64,000 nt of DNA from an uncultured delta proteobacterium (GTDB lineage Bacteria; Desulfobacterota; RBG-13-43-22), in assembly GCA_963743305.1 (NCBI GenBank), contig CAVUPH010000014.1, positions 160,001 through 224,000 of the forward strand. Direction: 5' to 3'. Position 1 is the stretch's first letter; each line of letters begins with the position of its first letter. Position numbers and translations under genes: made by a program. The notes below the pieces were generated by a model. It was not told where the DNA came from and made no database searches. It saw only the letters and a program-made list of their open reading frames with translations. This document shows, piece after piece, positions 10,679-19,713 of this stretch.

Positions 10679-11163
10679 ACCCCACCGACGAGAAAGCTTC
10701 TAAGTCTAAGTATAAGATGGATCGGGTCGATCGGGAGATCTTGAACGAGATCCAATCCCACTTCCCCCTACGGTCCCGCCCTTTCCGGGAAGTGGGGAAG
10801 AAGCTTCGACTTTCCGAAAAAGAAGTCATCTTACGAGTATCCCGATTAAAGAAGGAAGGGATCATCCGCCGTATCGGAGCTAACTTCAATTCCCGCCGTC
10901 TGGGATTTACCAGCACCCTGTGCGCGGCCAAAGTCCCGGAAGACAAGCTTCCCGAATTCATCACCACAGTCAATCGCTACCCGGGCGTAACCCACAACTA
11001 TGAGCGGGACGGGGATTACAACATCTGGTTCACTTTTATCGGCGAATCCATGGAGACCATTGAGCAGGCCTTGGAGGAGATTAAGGCCGGTACGGGAGTT
11101 AATGATTTGATCAGTTTACCGGCCGAGAAAATTTTCAAAATCCGGGTTGATTTTGAAGTGTAG
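10675..11163 (+). CDS. ahbA: Siroheme decarboxylase alpha subunit (AsnC/NirD-like)
   Basis: IQSHFPL, IIRRIG, STLCAAKVP, GVTHNYER, YNIWFT. Confidence 0.85.
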   Translation: MNPTDEKASKSKYKMDRVDREILNEIQSHFPLRSRPFREVGKKLRLSEKEVILRVSRLKKEGIIRRIGANFNSRRLGFTSTLCAAKVPEDKLPEFITTVNRYPGVTHNYERDGDYNIWFTFIGESMETIEQALEEIKAGTGVNDLISLPAEKIFKIRVDFEV

Positions 11164-11190
11164 CCGCTCTGCTCATTGAAGGAGAAAAGA

Positions 11191-11898
11191 ATGGAAAAAA
11201 AAGAACCCCCGGAGGATCGGGTGGAACCCAGGGTGGAAATAGATTCCGACCTGGAGGAATTCGAAGAACAGCGCCGCCCGGATTGGGCGGTCAGACCGGG
11301 CCCGGAAAAGAAGCCCATTACCCGCTGGGTGCTGGGTCCGATCTTGTTGGCCGCCCTGGCGGCCTTGGGTTATGCCTTTTGGCTTATCTGGGGCATGAAG
11401 CCCCTACCCTCGGCCAAGCCTTCCATACCCCCGGAAATAGTGGCTTTAAGAGGAGAGGTCCAAAAATTGAACACGGATTTAGGCGGCCTTATCAAAGATC
11501 TGGGGGATTTGAAGGCGGAGCAAAAGACAACGGCCGGAAAGCTGGCCGGGTTACAGGGCCAATTGGCCAATTTGTCCAGAAAAATGGAAACGGCGCAGGC
11601 CAGAAAGATAGAATCGGCCCCTGCTAAAAAAACAGAATCGGTCCCGGTCAAAAAGGTAGAACCGGCGCAGGCCAGAAAAATAGAGAAAGCGCCAGCCAAA
11701 AAAATAGAGAAAAACCAGGAGAAAAAACCCGTCCGTAAAACTTTTGTCTATAAAATACGCCCCCATGATACCTTGCCTTCCTTGGCCAAAAAATTCGGTG
11801 TGGTGCCCGAAGATATTCTCCGCTGGAACAATTTATCTTCCAAAGAAGGACTGGAAGTCGGCCAGTTGCTGACCATTTATTCAGGCCTGGCCCGATAG
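11191..11898 (+). CDS. Membrane-anchored coiled-coil protein with C-terminal LysM
   Basis: One TM helix, coiled coil, duplicated AQARKIE.APAKK linker, YKIRPHDTL..LAKKF...WNNL...GQLL. Confidence 0.8.
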   Translation: MEKKEPPEDRVEPRVEIDSDLEEFEEQRRPDWAVRPGPEKKPITRWVLGPILLAALAALGYAFWLIWGMKPLPSAKPSIPPEIVALRGEVQKLNTDLGGLIKDLGDLKAEQKTTAGKLAGLQGQLANLSRKMETAQARKIESAPAKKTESVPVKKVEPAQARKIEKAPAKKIEKNQEKKPVRKTFVYKIRPHDTLPSLAKKFGVVPEDILRWNNLSSKEGLEVGQLLTIYSGLAR

Positions 11899-11935
11899 TC
11901 CCGGTTGATCAGATCTGTTGTTGGGTGAATCCCCA

Positions 11936-11983
11936 TTTTAAGTGGGTACCCCCGATATCGGGTCTGGCCGCCCGGTCCGGGAA
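11936..11983 (-). repeat. Dispersed repeat family B (degenerate copy)
   Basis: Reverse complement TTCCCGGACCGGGCGGCCAGACCCGATATCGGGGGTACCCACTTAAAA resembles the copy at 35179. Confidence 0.55.
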
Positions 11984-11992
11984 GAATTTATT

Positions 11993-13198
11993 TTATAAGT
12001 CCCTGAACCCGAACAGCACCTTTTCGTAGGGCTCAAACATCATTTGATAGAGGTCCATAGCATAGCGGTCGGTCATGCCGGAGATATAATCCACAATCAC
12101 CCGCCGAAGGGCTGGGTCGACTCCCGCCTTCGCGATCCGGGCGAATAAGGCCCTCGGCAGCATCTCCGGTCTTTTTTCCAGATGGCGAAAAATACGAGTC
12201 AGGATAAGCCTCCCTTTTTCGTTCATAATGCAGACTTGGGGGCTTTTATAAACGTGTTCAAAAAGAAACCGCTTCAAGGCCTTGAAATCCTCCCAGTCTT
12301 TTTCCGGCGCCGTGACCAGGGGCCCGGCTGTTTTCCAGACCTGTTCCCGGGAATTGATTGCATATTGATCGATACGGGCGAGGGTCCGGGTAATAACCAT
12401 GATATTGGTTTCCTCGATGAGTGTCCGCACCAACAGCCGGGCCTGAATGATGGTCCCCCCTTCTTCGAAACCGTCGTAATTGGTCCGGCATTTCTGAAAC
12501 ACCCGCTGTAACAGGGGGTTATCCAACTCATGAATGGTTTTGATGGACAGGAAGCCGGCGTTCAGGGCGTCCTCCAAATCGTGAGCGCAGTAGGCCAAGG
12601 GATCGGCGATGTTGACCACCTGGGCCTCCAGGCTCGGCTGGCCGCGGCGCTGGAATTCTGACGGGATGCTGGGGTGGTCATAGGTGGTCGCGTGGCGGGC
12701 GATCCCTTCCCGGGTTTCATAGCAGAGGTTCAGCCCCTCGTAAGCCGGATAGCGTTTTTCCAGAAGGTCCACGATCCGCAGGCTCTGGAGGTTATGCTCA
12801 AAGCCCCCCTCCTGCTTCATGATCTCGTTCAGCGTCTCTTCACCGGTATGGCCGAAGGGTGTATGGCCCATGTCATGGGCGTAGGCTATGGCCTCGCACA
12901 AATCTTCGTTAAGCCTTAGCGCGCGGGCCAAGGTCCGGGCATGCTGGGCCACCTCCAGGCTGTGGGTCAAGCGAGTGCGGTAGAAATCCCCCTCGCTGAT
13001 CAGGAAAACCTGGGTCTTGTATTGCAGGTCCTTAAACGCCTTGCTGTATAGAATCCGGTCCCGGTCCCTCTGAAAATTAGTCCGAAATTCATCCGGCTCG
13101 TCCCCATGCAGGGTCCGGCCCAGACTCCGGGCGCTTTTCGAGGCATAGGGCGCCAAGGTCATTTCTTCAATTTCTTCCAACCTTTTCCGAGGGATCAT
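11993..13198 (-). CDS. dgt: dGTP triphosphohydrolase
   Basis: FQRDRDRI, KTQVF, RTRLTHSLEV, HDMGHTPFGH, GFEHN, DYISGMTD. Confidence 0.93.
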   Translation of the reverse strand: MIPRKRLEEIEEMTLAPYASKSARSLGRTLHGDEPDEFRTNFQRDRDRILYSKAFKDLQYKTQVFLISEGDFYRTRLTHSLEVAQHARTLARALRLNEDLCEAIAYAHDMGHTPFGHTGEETLNEIMKQEGGFEHNLQSLRIVDLLEKRYPAYEGLNLCYETREGIARHATTYDHPSIPSEFQRRGQPSLEAQVVNIADPLAYCAHDLEDALNAGFLSIKTIHELDNPLLQRVFQKCRTNYDGFEEGGTIIQARLLVRTLIEETNIMVITRTLARIDQYAINSREQVWKTAGPLVTAPEKDWEDFKALKRFLFEHVYKSPQVCIMNEKGRLILTRIFRHLEKRPEMLPRALFARIAKAGVDPALRRVIVDYISGMTDRYAMDLYQMMFEPYEKVLFGFRDL

Positions 13199-13395
13199 GA
13201 GGACCGCCCTTTCGTTTGTTGCCTGGATACTTGGGCTAATATATTGGAAAAACTTAAATTAATAAACCGGTTCTAACCCGGCCCCCATGTTTCTAAATCT
13301 TCCTGGAGGCAGGGCCAGCCTGGGAAGCGTCAAAAGACTCAAGTTTGGGGCTTGAAATTTAAAGTAACTTAGGCCAGGATTCGAAGTCCGGAGTA

Positions 13396-13469
13396 CCTTT
13401 GGAAAACCCTTTCGCTGAGACCCGACGGACAGTCCAGATCTGGGGGGACCCACCCCAAAGGGCTAAGCG
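13396..13469 (+). repeat. Dispersed repeat family B
   Basis: CCTTTGGAAAACCCTTTC...GAGACC.GACGG...GATCTGGGGGG.ACCCACCC.AAAGGGC.AAGCG closely matches 35179-35255. Confidence 0.8.
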
Positions 13470-13484
13470 GCAAAACGCCTTATA

Positions 13485-13511
13485 TTAGCACTGTCACATG
13501 ATGAGTGCCAA
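13485..13511 (+). promoter_or_regulatory. CIRCE operator (HrcA site)
   Basis: TTAGCACTG-N9-GAGTGCCAA upstream of groES. Confidence 0.9.
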
Positions 13512-13568
13512 TAACCCAATTCTGTTCTGTAGTAAAAAATCAAACTAAGTAGGAAGGAGAGTACCAGT

Positions 13569-13857
13569 ATGAAGATCAGGCCATTGCATGATCGAGTCAT
13601 CGTTCAGCGGATTGCTGAGGAAGAGGTGACCAAGGGTGGAATCATTATTCCGGATACCGCCAAAGAGAAACCCCAAGAGGGTAAAGTGATCGCCGTGGGC
13701 CCCGGGAAAAGTTCTGGACAGCGGAACCAAGGTTGCCATGGACGTCAAGGCAGGGGATAAGGTTCTATTCGGGAAATATTCCGGGACCGAGATCAAGATC
13801 GACGGGGAAGAGTATTTAATGATGCGCGAAGATGATATCTTAGGCGTAGTGGAATAA
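13569..13857 (+). CDS. groES: Co-chaperonin GroES (one extra A near 13707-13710, probably an assembly error)
   Basis: [10 protein letters not shown]...KEKPQEG, then in the shifted frame [16 protein letters not shown]...[10 protein letters not shown]. Confidence 0.92.
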
Positions 13858-13868
13858 GGAGGGATAAC

Positions 13869-15518
13869 ATGTCAGCTAAAGAAATTCGCTATAGTGTCAA
13901 GGCCCGCGAGGCTATGGCCAAGGGCATCGATACCTTGGCCGATGCGGTTAAGGTAACCTTGGGCCCCAAGGGCCGCAATGTGATTTTGGACAAATCTTTC
14001 GGTTCCCCGACGATTACCAAGGATGGCGTTACGGTAGCCAAGGAGATCGAATTAGAGGATAAGTTTGAAAATATGGGGGCCCAGATGGTGAAGGAAGTGG
14101 CCTCCAAAACCAGCGATGTGGCCGGTGACGGGACCACCACCGCGACCCTCTTGGCTCAGTCCATCTATCGCGAGGGTTCCAAGTTAGTGGCGGCCGGCAG
14201 CAATCCCATGGCCATCAAGCGGGGGATTGAAAAGGCTGTGGAACAGGTAATCGAAGAACTGAAAAAGATCAGCAAACCCACCAAAGACCACAAAGAAATC
14301 GCCCAGGTCGGGACCATTTCGGCCAACAACGACTCCACCATCGGCAATATTATTGCCGAGGCCATGGAAAAAGTCGGTAAAGAAGGCGTCATTACCGTAG
14401 AAGAGGCCAAAAGCATGGAAACCACCCTGGAGGTGGTTGAAGGCATGCAGTTCGATCGGGGCTATATCTCCCCGTATTTCGTGACCGACCCGGAAAAAAT
14501 GACCGCCGTTTTAAACGATCCCTACATCCTGATCAACGAGAAAAAGATCAGTAACATGAAAGACCTGCTGCCTCTGTTGGAGCAGATCGCCAAGATGGGC
14601 CGTCCCCTGCTCATCATTGCCGAGGAAGTCGAGGGCGAAGCCCTGGCCACCCTGGTGGTGAATAAACTGCGGGGCACCTTCTCTTGTGCCGCCGTCAAGG
14701 CCCCGGGCTTCGGGGATCGACGGAAGGCCATGCTGGAAGACATCGCCATTCTAACCGGCGGCCAGATGATCTCCGAAGACTTGGGGATCAAGCTGGAAAA
14801 TGTAGCCTTAAAGGATTTGGGAACCGCCAAACGGGTCAGTATCGATAAGGATAATACGACCATCGTCGACGGCGGTGGGGAAAAATCGGCTCTCGAAGGC
14901 CGGGTGAAACAGATCCGGGCCCAGATCGATGAGACCACCTCCGATTATGATCGTGAGAAACTGCAGGAACGTTTGGCCAAGTTGATCGGCGGCGTGGCCG
15001 TTATCAATGTGGGGGCCGCCACCGAAACCGAGATGAAGGAAAAGAAGGCCCGCGTAGAGGACGCTTTAAACGCCACCCGGGCGGCGGTTGAGGAAGGCAT
15101 CGTTCCCGGCGGAGGCGTGGCCTTGCTGCGCAGCATCGCCGGACTGGACAAAATCAAGGCGGAAGGCGAGGAGGCCTTAGGGGTCAACATCATTCGCCGG
15201 GCCTTAGAGGAACCGGTCCGTCAAATCGCCAACAACGCCGGCTTTGAGGGTTCCGTAGTGGTCGAGAAACTGAAGTCCGAAAAGGGCGCCACCGGCTTCA
15301 ACGCCGAAACCGGCGTTTATGAAGACCTGATGAAGGCCGGAGTCATCGACCCGACCAAAGTTACCCGTTTTGCCTTGCAGAATGCGGCTTCCGTAGCCTC
15401 GCTGCTTTTGACCACCGAAGCCATGGTGGCCGAGAAGCCCGCGCCTAAGGAATCCATGCCGGGGATGCCTCCGGGCGGCGGTATGGGTGGTATGGGCGGT
15501 ATGGGCGGTATGTACTAA
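13869..15518 (+). CDS. groEL: Chaperonin GroEL
   Basis: [29 protein letters not shown] tail. Confidence 0.99.
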   Translation: MSAKEIRYSVKAREAMAKGIDTLADAVKVTLGPKGRNVILDKSFGSPTITKDGVTVAKEIELEDKFENMGAQMVKEVASKTSDVAGDGTTTATLLAQSIYREGSKLVAAGSNPMAIKRGIEKAVEQVIEELKKISKPTKDHKEIAQVGTISANNDSTIGNIIAEAMEKVGKEGVITVEEAKSMETTLEVVEGMQFDRGYISPYFVTDPEKMTAVLNDPYILINEKKISNMKDLLPLLEQIAKMGRPLLIIAEEVEGEALATLVVNKLRGTFSCAAVKAPGFGDRRKAMLEDIAILTGGQMISEDLGIKLENVALKDLGTAKRVSIDKDNTTIVDGGGEKSALEGRVKQIRAQIDETTSDYDREKLQERLAKLIGGVAVINVGAATETEMKEKKARVEDALNATRAAVEEGIVPGGGVALLRSIAGLDKIKAEGEEALGVNIIRRALEEPVRQIANNAGFEGSVVVEKLKSEKGATGFNAETGVYEDLMKAGVIDPTKVTRFALQNAASVASLLLTTEAMVAEKPAPKESMPGMPPGGGMGGMGGMGGMY

Positions 15519-15536
15519 ACCGTACTCAATCCAACA

Positions 15537-15573
15537 AAAACAAAAAGCCCCCGCCTGGGGGCTTTTTGTTTTC
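15537..15573 (+). terminator. Intrinsic terminator of groESL
   Basis: ACAAAAAGCCCCC-GCCT-GGGGGCTTTTTGTTTT. Confidence 0.85.
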
Positions 15574-15609
15574 AAATTCGCTTCTGCTTGATTTCCGGAC
15601 CTAATTCGG

Positions 15610-15638
15610 TTGACTTGCCGTTCTTAATTCATTAGAAT
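15610..15638 (+). promoter_or_regulatory. Putative sigma70 promoter
   Basis: TTGACT-N17-TAGAAT about 40 bp before the SH3 gene. Confidence 0.55.
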
Positions 15639-15679
15639 TCATTCTCCGCTAAACTGCTAACCCGAAAAAGGGAGCCGCC

Positions 15680-16336
15680 ATGATGAAACGCTTATGGTCT
15701 ACCGTACTAGGGTTGATGATTCTATCCGCTTCACCCCTCTGGGCTAAAACCATGTTCATAACCGATCGCATTGAAGTCGGGGTCCGGTCCGGCATCGGGA
15801 TTGAGCAGAAGTTTGTCGCCACGGCCAAGACCGGGGACCGGGTGGAGGTCCTGGAAGGCGATCAAAATTGGACGAAAGTCAAACTGACCAATGGAGTCGT
15901 TGGTTGGGTGGCCACCCGTTTTCTGGTGGACCAGGTCAGAACGACGACTGCCCTGGACCCCAAGATGCAGGAGGAATTCAAGGGGGTAAGAGATCAAAAT
16001 TTGGCCCTGTCGAAAATCCTCGAAGGCTATAAACAGGAACGGGAAAAACTGCTGAAGGAAAATGCGGAGGGGAAGAAAGCCCTGCAGGACCTGCAGCAGG
16101 AAAAGCAGGGCCGGGTGTCCCCGGAACTGAATCAACTGAAGGCCCACAACGATCAACTCGAGAAGCAGATTAATGAGTTAAAGCAGCAGGCCACTGCCAA
16201 CCAGCAAAGTGGGAAAAACCAACGCCTGAACGAACAGATCTGGTGGTTTTTATCCGGTTCAGGCGTGCTCTTTGTCGGGCTTATCCTTGGTTGGCTGGCC
16301 AGCCGGGGGAAAAAGAAAACTGCCAAGTATTACTAA
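15680..16336 (+). CDS. SH3-domain coiled-coil membrane protein (YgiM/TIGR04211-like)
   Basis: Signal peptide, SH3b WTKVK...GWV..RFL, coiled coil, C-terminal TM WWFLSGSGVLFVGLILG. Confidence 0.8.
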   Translation: MMKRLWSTVLGLMILSASPLWAKTMFITDRIEVGVRSGIGIEQKFVATAKTGDRVEVLEGDQNWTKVKLTNGVVGWVATRFLVDQVRTTTALDPKMQEEFKGVRDQNLALSKILEGYKQEREKLLKENAEGKKALQDLQQEKQGRVSPELNQLKAHNDQLEKQINELKQQATANQQSGKNQRLNEQIWWFLSGSGVLFVGLILGWLASRGKKKTAKYY

Positions 16337-16345
16337 TCCCTTTCA

Positions 16346-16521
16346 TGCCTGATAACCTCGCAAAAAGTCTCCAGGGTAGTCATTGCGAGGAGTGAAGCGA
16401 CGAAGCAATCCCCAATAATCAGCTACTTGCCAAGTCGGGGATTAGCTTCCCCCGGATCATGTCCGGGGTCGCGATGACGGTTTTTTCGACTTTTTGCGAA
16501 ACCATCCTGCCTGATAACCTC
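16346..16521. repeat. MITE-like palindromic element, family A, copy 2
   Basis: Inverted ends GATAACCTCGCAAAAAGTC / GACTTTTTGCGAAACCATC; internal GTCATTGCGA...TCGCGATGAC palindrome; TGCCTGATAACCTC repeated at 16346 and 16508. Confidence 0.75.
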
Positions 16522-16532
16522 TGAAATTGTCC

Positions 16533-16562
16533 AAAAGCCTCCGAATCGGGGGCTTTTTTTTG
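16533..16562 (+). terminator. Intrinsic terminator
   Basis: AAAAGCCTCCGAA-TCGGGGGCTTTTTTTT. Confidence 0.75.
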
Positions 16563-16736
16563 GTACTCCGGGGGCTTTCCTCCAGATCTCCCGCCGCTTG
16601 ACCTGAAACGAATTATTCCCAGCCGCGATAACCCTTCAAATCAAAACCCTTTGATTTTTTTATTTTATTTTGTTTTAATGGGCCAACATCTATGTTTTGA
16701 TTTGTTCATTCTTGAATTAATTCTAGGTTGGAATCC

Positions 16737-16823
16737 CCAGAGATGAGGAAACGGTTCGAGGAATTTCTGGATCAACTCACCAAGGGCAAGGAGCCCGACA
16801 AAGTGCGCATTGTCTTGGAGTGA
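16737..16823 (+). pseudogene. C-terminal remnant of a BREX-associated DUF6079/BrxC-type ATPase
   Basis: Translates [28 protein letters not shown], matching my recollection of the DUF6079 C-terminus; not in the ORF track. Confidence 0.65.
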
Positions 16824-16826
16824 ACC

Positions 16827-17874
16827 ATGAAATCATTTGAAACCAATTATCTCGAAAAACATCCCTTGCCGCATTCGCTGTTACGAACTATCCGATTGTT
16901 GGGTGAATATCGCGGAAAGGAATCGCTTTTTAAACAGCAGACACCCCAAGTACTCGAATCCTTGCGCCAGGCGGCCATGATCCAGAGCACCGAATCCTCC
17001 AACCGTATCGAGGGGATCGAAGCCCCGGCCGAAAGAATCAAGAAAATCGTGGAGCAAAAGACCACGCCCAAGAATCGTTCCGAACAGGAGATCGCCGGAT
17101 ATCGTGATGCACTGGCGACGATTCACGCCAACTACCCCAACATGCCCTTTACCCCAGGCCTTGTCCTTCAACTCCACCGCGATCTTTATCAGTTCGTGGC
17201 CCAGCAGGGCGGACGCTGGAAAATGACGGACAATGAGATTTCCGAAACCCGCGCCGACGGCACAAAGGTTACCCGGTTCAGACCGATTCCCGCTCATCAA
17301 ACGCCCGAGGCCATGGATAGGCTCCATACCCTTTTTAAGGAACAATGGGACCGGGAAGAAATCGATCCACTGCTGCTGATCCCTGCCTACGTGCTCGATT
17401 TCCTCTGCATCCATCCATTCACCGATGGTAACGGGAGGATGGCGCGGCTGCTGACTCTGCTTCTCCTCTATCAAGCCGGTTTTGAAGTTGGCCGTTACAT
17501 CAGTTTGGAACATCTGATCGAGAACCAGCGGGAAGGGTACTACGAGGCCCTCTATAAATCTTCTCAGGGGTGGCACGATGGCGAACATTCATTACTGCCC
17601 TGGTGGGAATATTTTCTGGGTGTTATGCTCCAGGGCGCCTACCATGAATTCGAGCGCCGAACCGGTGAACTGACCACCGCTCATGGGGCCAAGCGGGAGA
17701 GGATCATCGATCGTTATATCGCGGTTGTCGGACAAATTTCAGGTGGCAGACATCGAACGGGCCTGTCCGGGCGTCAGCCGCCCGACTATCAATCGCGCCC
17801 TTCGAGATCTTCGCCAGGCGGGTAAAATCACTTGCCTTAAAGGAGGTCGAGACGCCGTTTGGCAGAAAACGTGA
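16827..17874 (+). CDS. Fic-domain protein with C-terminal HTH (frameshift near 17715)
   Basis: HPFTDGNGRMAR active site, SNRIEG inhibitory motif; HTH IERACPGVSRPTINRAL in the shifted frame. Confidence 0.88.
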
Positions 17875-17972
17875 TCAGAACCCCAATAACGTGATCATTT
17901 CTGGCGGTTTGATTATGTTATGGGAATATGATCATGAATATATTAATATGATCAAAACAGGTTAAATGATCA
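17872..17972. repeat. Phased array of TGATCA palindromes
   Basis: TGATCA at 17872, 17892, 17929, 17949, 17967 and TGATTA at 17910. Confidence 0.7.
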
Positions 17973-18071
17973 TGATTTATTATTGTTCTCTTCTGAGAAT
18001 GAGCCGACTTCATCATTGATGGGATGATTCTGGATGCTAAAAGAAGCGAATGCTTATCCCCGGTCCAATGA

Positions 18072-18100
18072 TTGACAGCCATCAAAAGTTGTGGTATTTC
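18072..18100 (+). promoter_or_regulatory. Putative sigma70 promoter
   Basis: TTGACA-N17-TATTTC with an extended -10 TG. Confidence 0.5.
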
Positions 18101-18168
18101 CGGGCTATCCGTTTAATTTCCCATTTATTTTTCCGCCTAACCTTAATTCGGGGAGGATGAATCGAACT

Positions 18169-18207
18169 AAAAGGCCCTGCCTCATAATCAAGGTACAGGG
18201 CCTTTTT
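18169..18207. terminator. Hairpin/terminator-like structure flanked by 12-bp direct repeats
   Basis: AAAAGGCCCTG...CAGGGCCTTTTT; TTAATTCGGGGA at 18143 and 18206. Confidence 0.55.
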
Positions 18208-18467
18208 AATTCGGGGAAACTGGCGGTATAGGCATCCGAGGTTAATAGATTCTGGAAGGCCGACCCTGGATCATAAACCATTATAGAAAAAGGCCGATCT
18301 TGAGATCACAGGTTGTGGTGAGGCAATCCGGGTTTTAATGACTCTGGTGGAACTCCCCCGGGGGAAAATAGGGTTCCTGACCAGATAACCCAAGGATCTG
18401 TATGGATTTGATAACAAGTTAACGAATTCAAGACCGGACCACAGATAGGGATTGAAAGCAACACGGG

Positions 18468-19307
18468 ATGTCTGACGACTTCGATGAGTACATTTTTGAA
18501 GATGAAGAAGAAGTTCTGCGCCCTCGTGATTCGAAGATTGATGAGGTGAAGGATCTTTTGATGGCTAATTATTTTCCCATCGACGGAACAGAAGTTTATT
18601 ATGGCCGGCAACTTGAAATTTTGCTTGAGCGTGATTTTTTTCATTGGATCACGAAGAAGGCACTTAACGAGTTAGTTCTGGAGAGTAAAATCGCGTGAGC
18701 GATCGAGCAGGCTGGTTATCATAAGGCGCATTTTTACTATCCACGCCGGCACCGATACCCTCGGCGTCAGATTAAAGAGATCCTTGATCTAATTGTTGAG
18801 TTTTCGGATCCGACCTTTACACGGGCACTCGGCGGTCATGGAGAGTTATTGGCGGATGCTGGATTTGCGGAGATCGGTTTTCGGATTATTAAGCGGAAAG
18901 TTAAAGAGGTAGATGATAAACGCTGGATCGAAACGAACCACGATCTTGATCGTCTTATTATGCGGGACCGCGTGTTTTACGGAGTTGAGATAAAGAACCA
19001 GCTTGGCTATATTGACCAGACAGAGTTTCAAACGAAGCTCGCTATGTGCCAGTATTTTGGCGTGCGGCCAATGTTCATCGCCCGCATGATGCCCAAAAGC
19101 TATATTTACCAAGTAGTTCAGGCCGGAGGGTTTTCGATGATCATTGGAGAACAGTGTTATCCCCTTTTGGCAGACAAGATGGCAAAGCGAGTACGTGACC
19201 GCCTGCAACTGCCTGTAGTGAGCAAGAGTAAACATGCCGACCCGGTATTGAGCCGTTTTGAGAAATGGCACGAGAAACAAATCAAGAAAGCGGAAGGGGG
19301 ACTTTGA
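18468..19307 (+). CDS. Uncharacterised PD-(D/E)XK-like nuclease, interrupted by an in-frame TGA at 18696
   Basis: ORFs 18468 and 18849 share a frame and the intervening stretch is open; GE.LAD..F...GF, DLD...GVEIKN motifs. Confidence 0.6.
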
Positions 19308-19713
19308 TTTTTGTGAATTACTCTCTACAATTCACACTAACTATATATTATCCTAGCTGATTTCACTTATTTTTTTGATTCCCCCTTGAATACAATATTA
19401 CTAGTCACTATTTGAGGGCATTATGCGGTTTCGGTCGACCCATTTCTTTAAATTCATCAGATTGACCCTATTCGAGGGAACTGGCTGGCCTATATAGCCG
19501 CCTTTGAAGCCGTCTGGGCTTCTATGGCCCGGCCGAACTACCTTGGGAAAAAATAGGGTACATGACCAGAGAACCCAAAGCCCGGTATGAAAATAGAAAC
19601 CACAAGTCAACGAATATAGGATGTCCCGGATTACGGAATCTCCACCCCAGGAGCTCCCGAGAGCTATTGTGGAGTATGTCCAGAAGTTAGATATTTGATC
19701 GGTATATGTAAAA

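Noticed and set aside
11590-11712. Duplicated AQARKIE.APAKK segment in the LysM protein
   Set aside because: Typical low-complexity linker expansion; recorded under the feature only.
13569-13857. groES as a pseudogene or programmed frameshift
   Set aside because: A single extra A in a homopolymer of a normally essential gene with both halves intact; assembly error is far more likely.
15474-15515. Tandem GGTATGGGC repeats
   Set aside because: Ordinary GroEL GGM tail.
17872-17972. CRISPR array
   Set aside because: The repeat is only 6 bp with about 13-bp gaps; no cas genes in the window.
18004-18060. Peptide ADFIIDGMILDAK resembling a PD-(D/E)XK motif fragment
   Set aside because: Too short to support by eye; would need BLASTx.
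18696-18698. In-frame TGA as selenocysteine
   Set aside because: No redox or Cys-type context and no obvious SECIS hairpin immediately downstream; error or nonsense mutation is more plausible.
19340-19700. Possible gene remnants or ncRNA before radC
   Set aside because: Only short ORFs without recognisable motifs and no clear structure.
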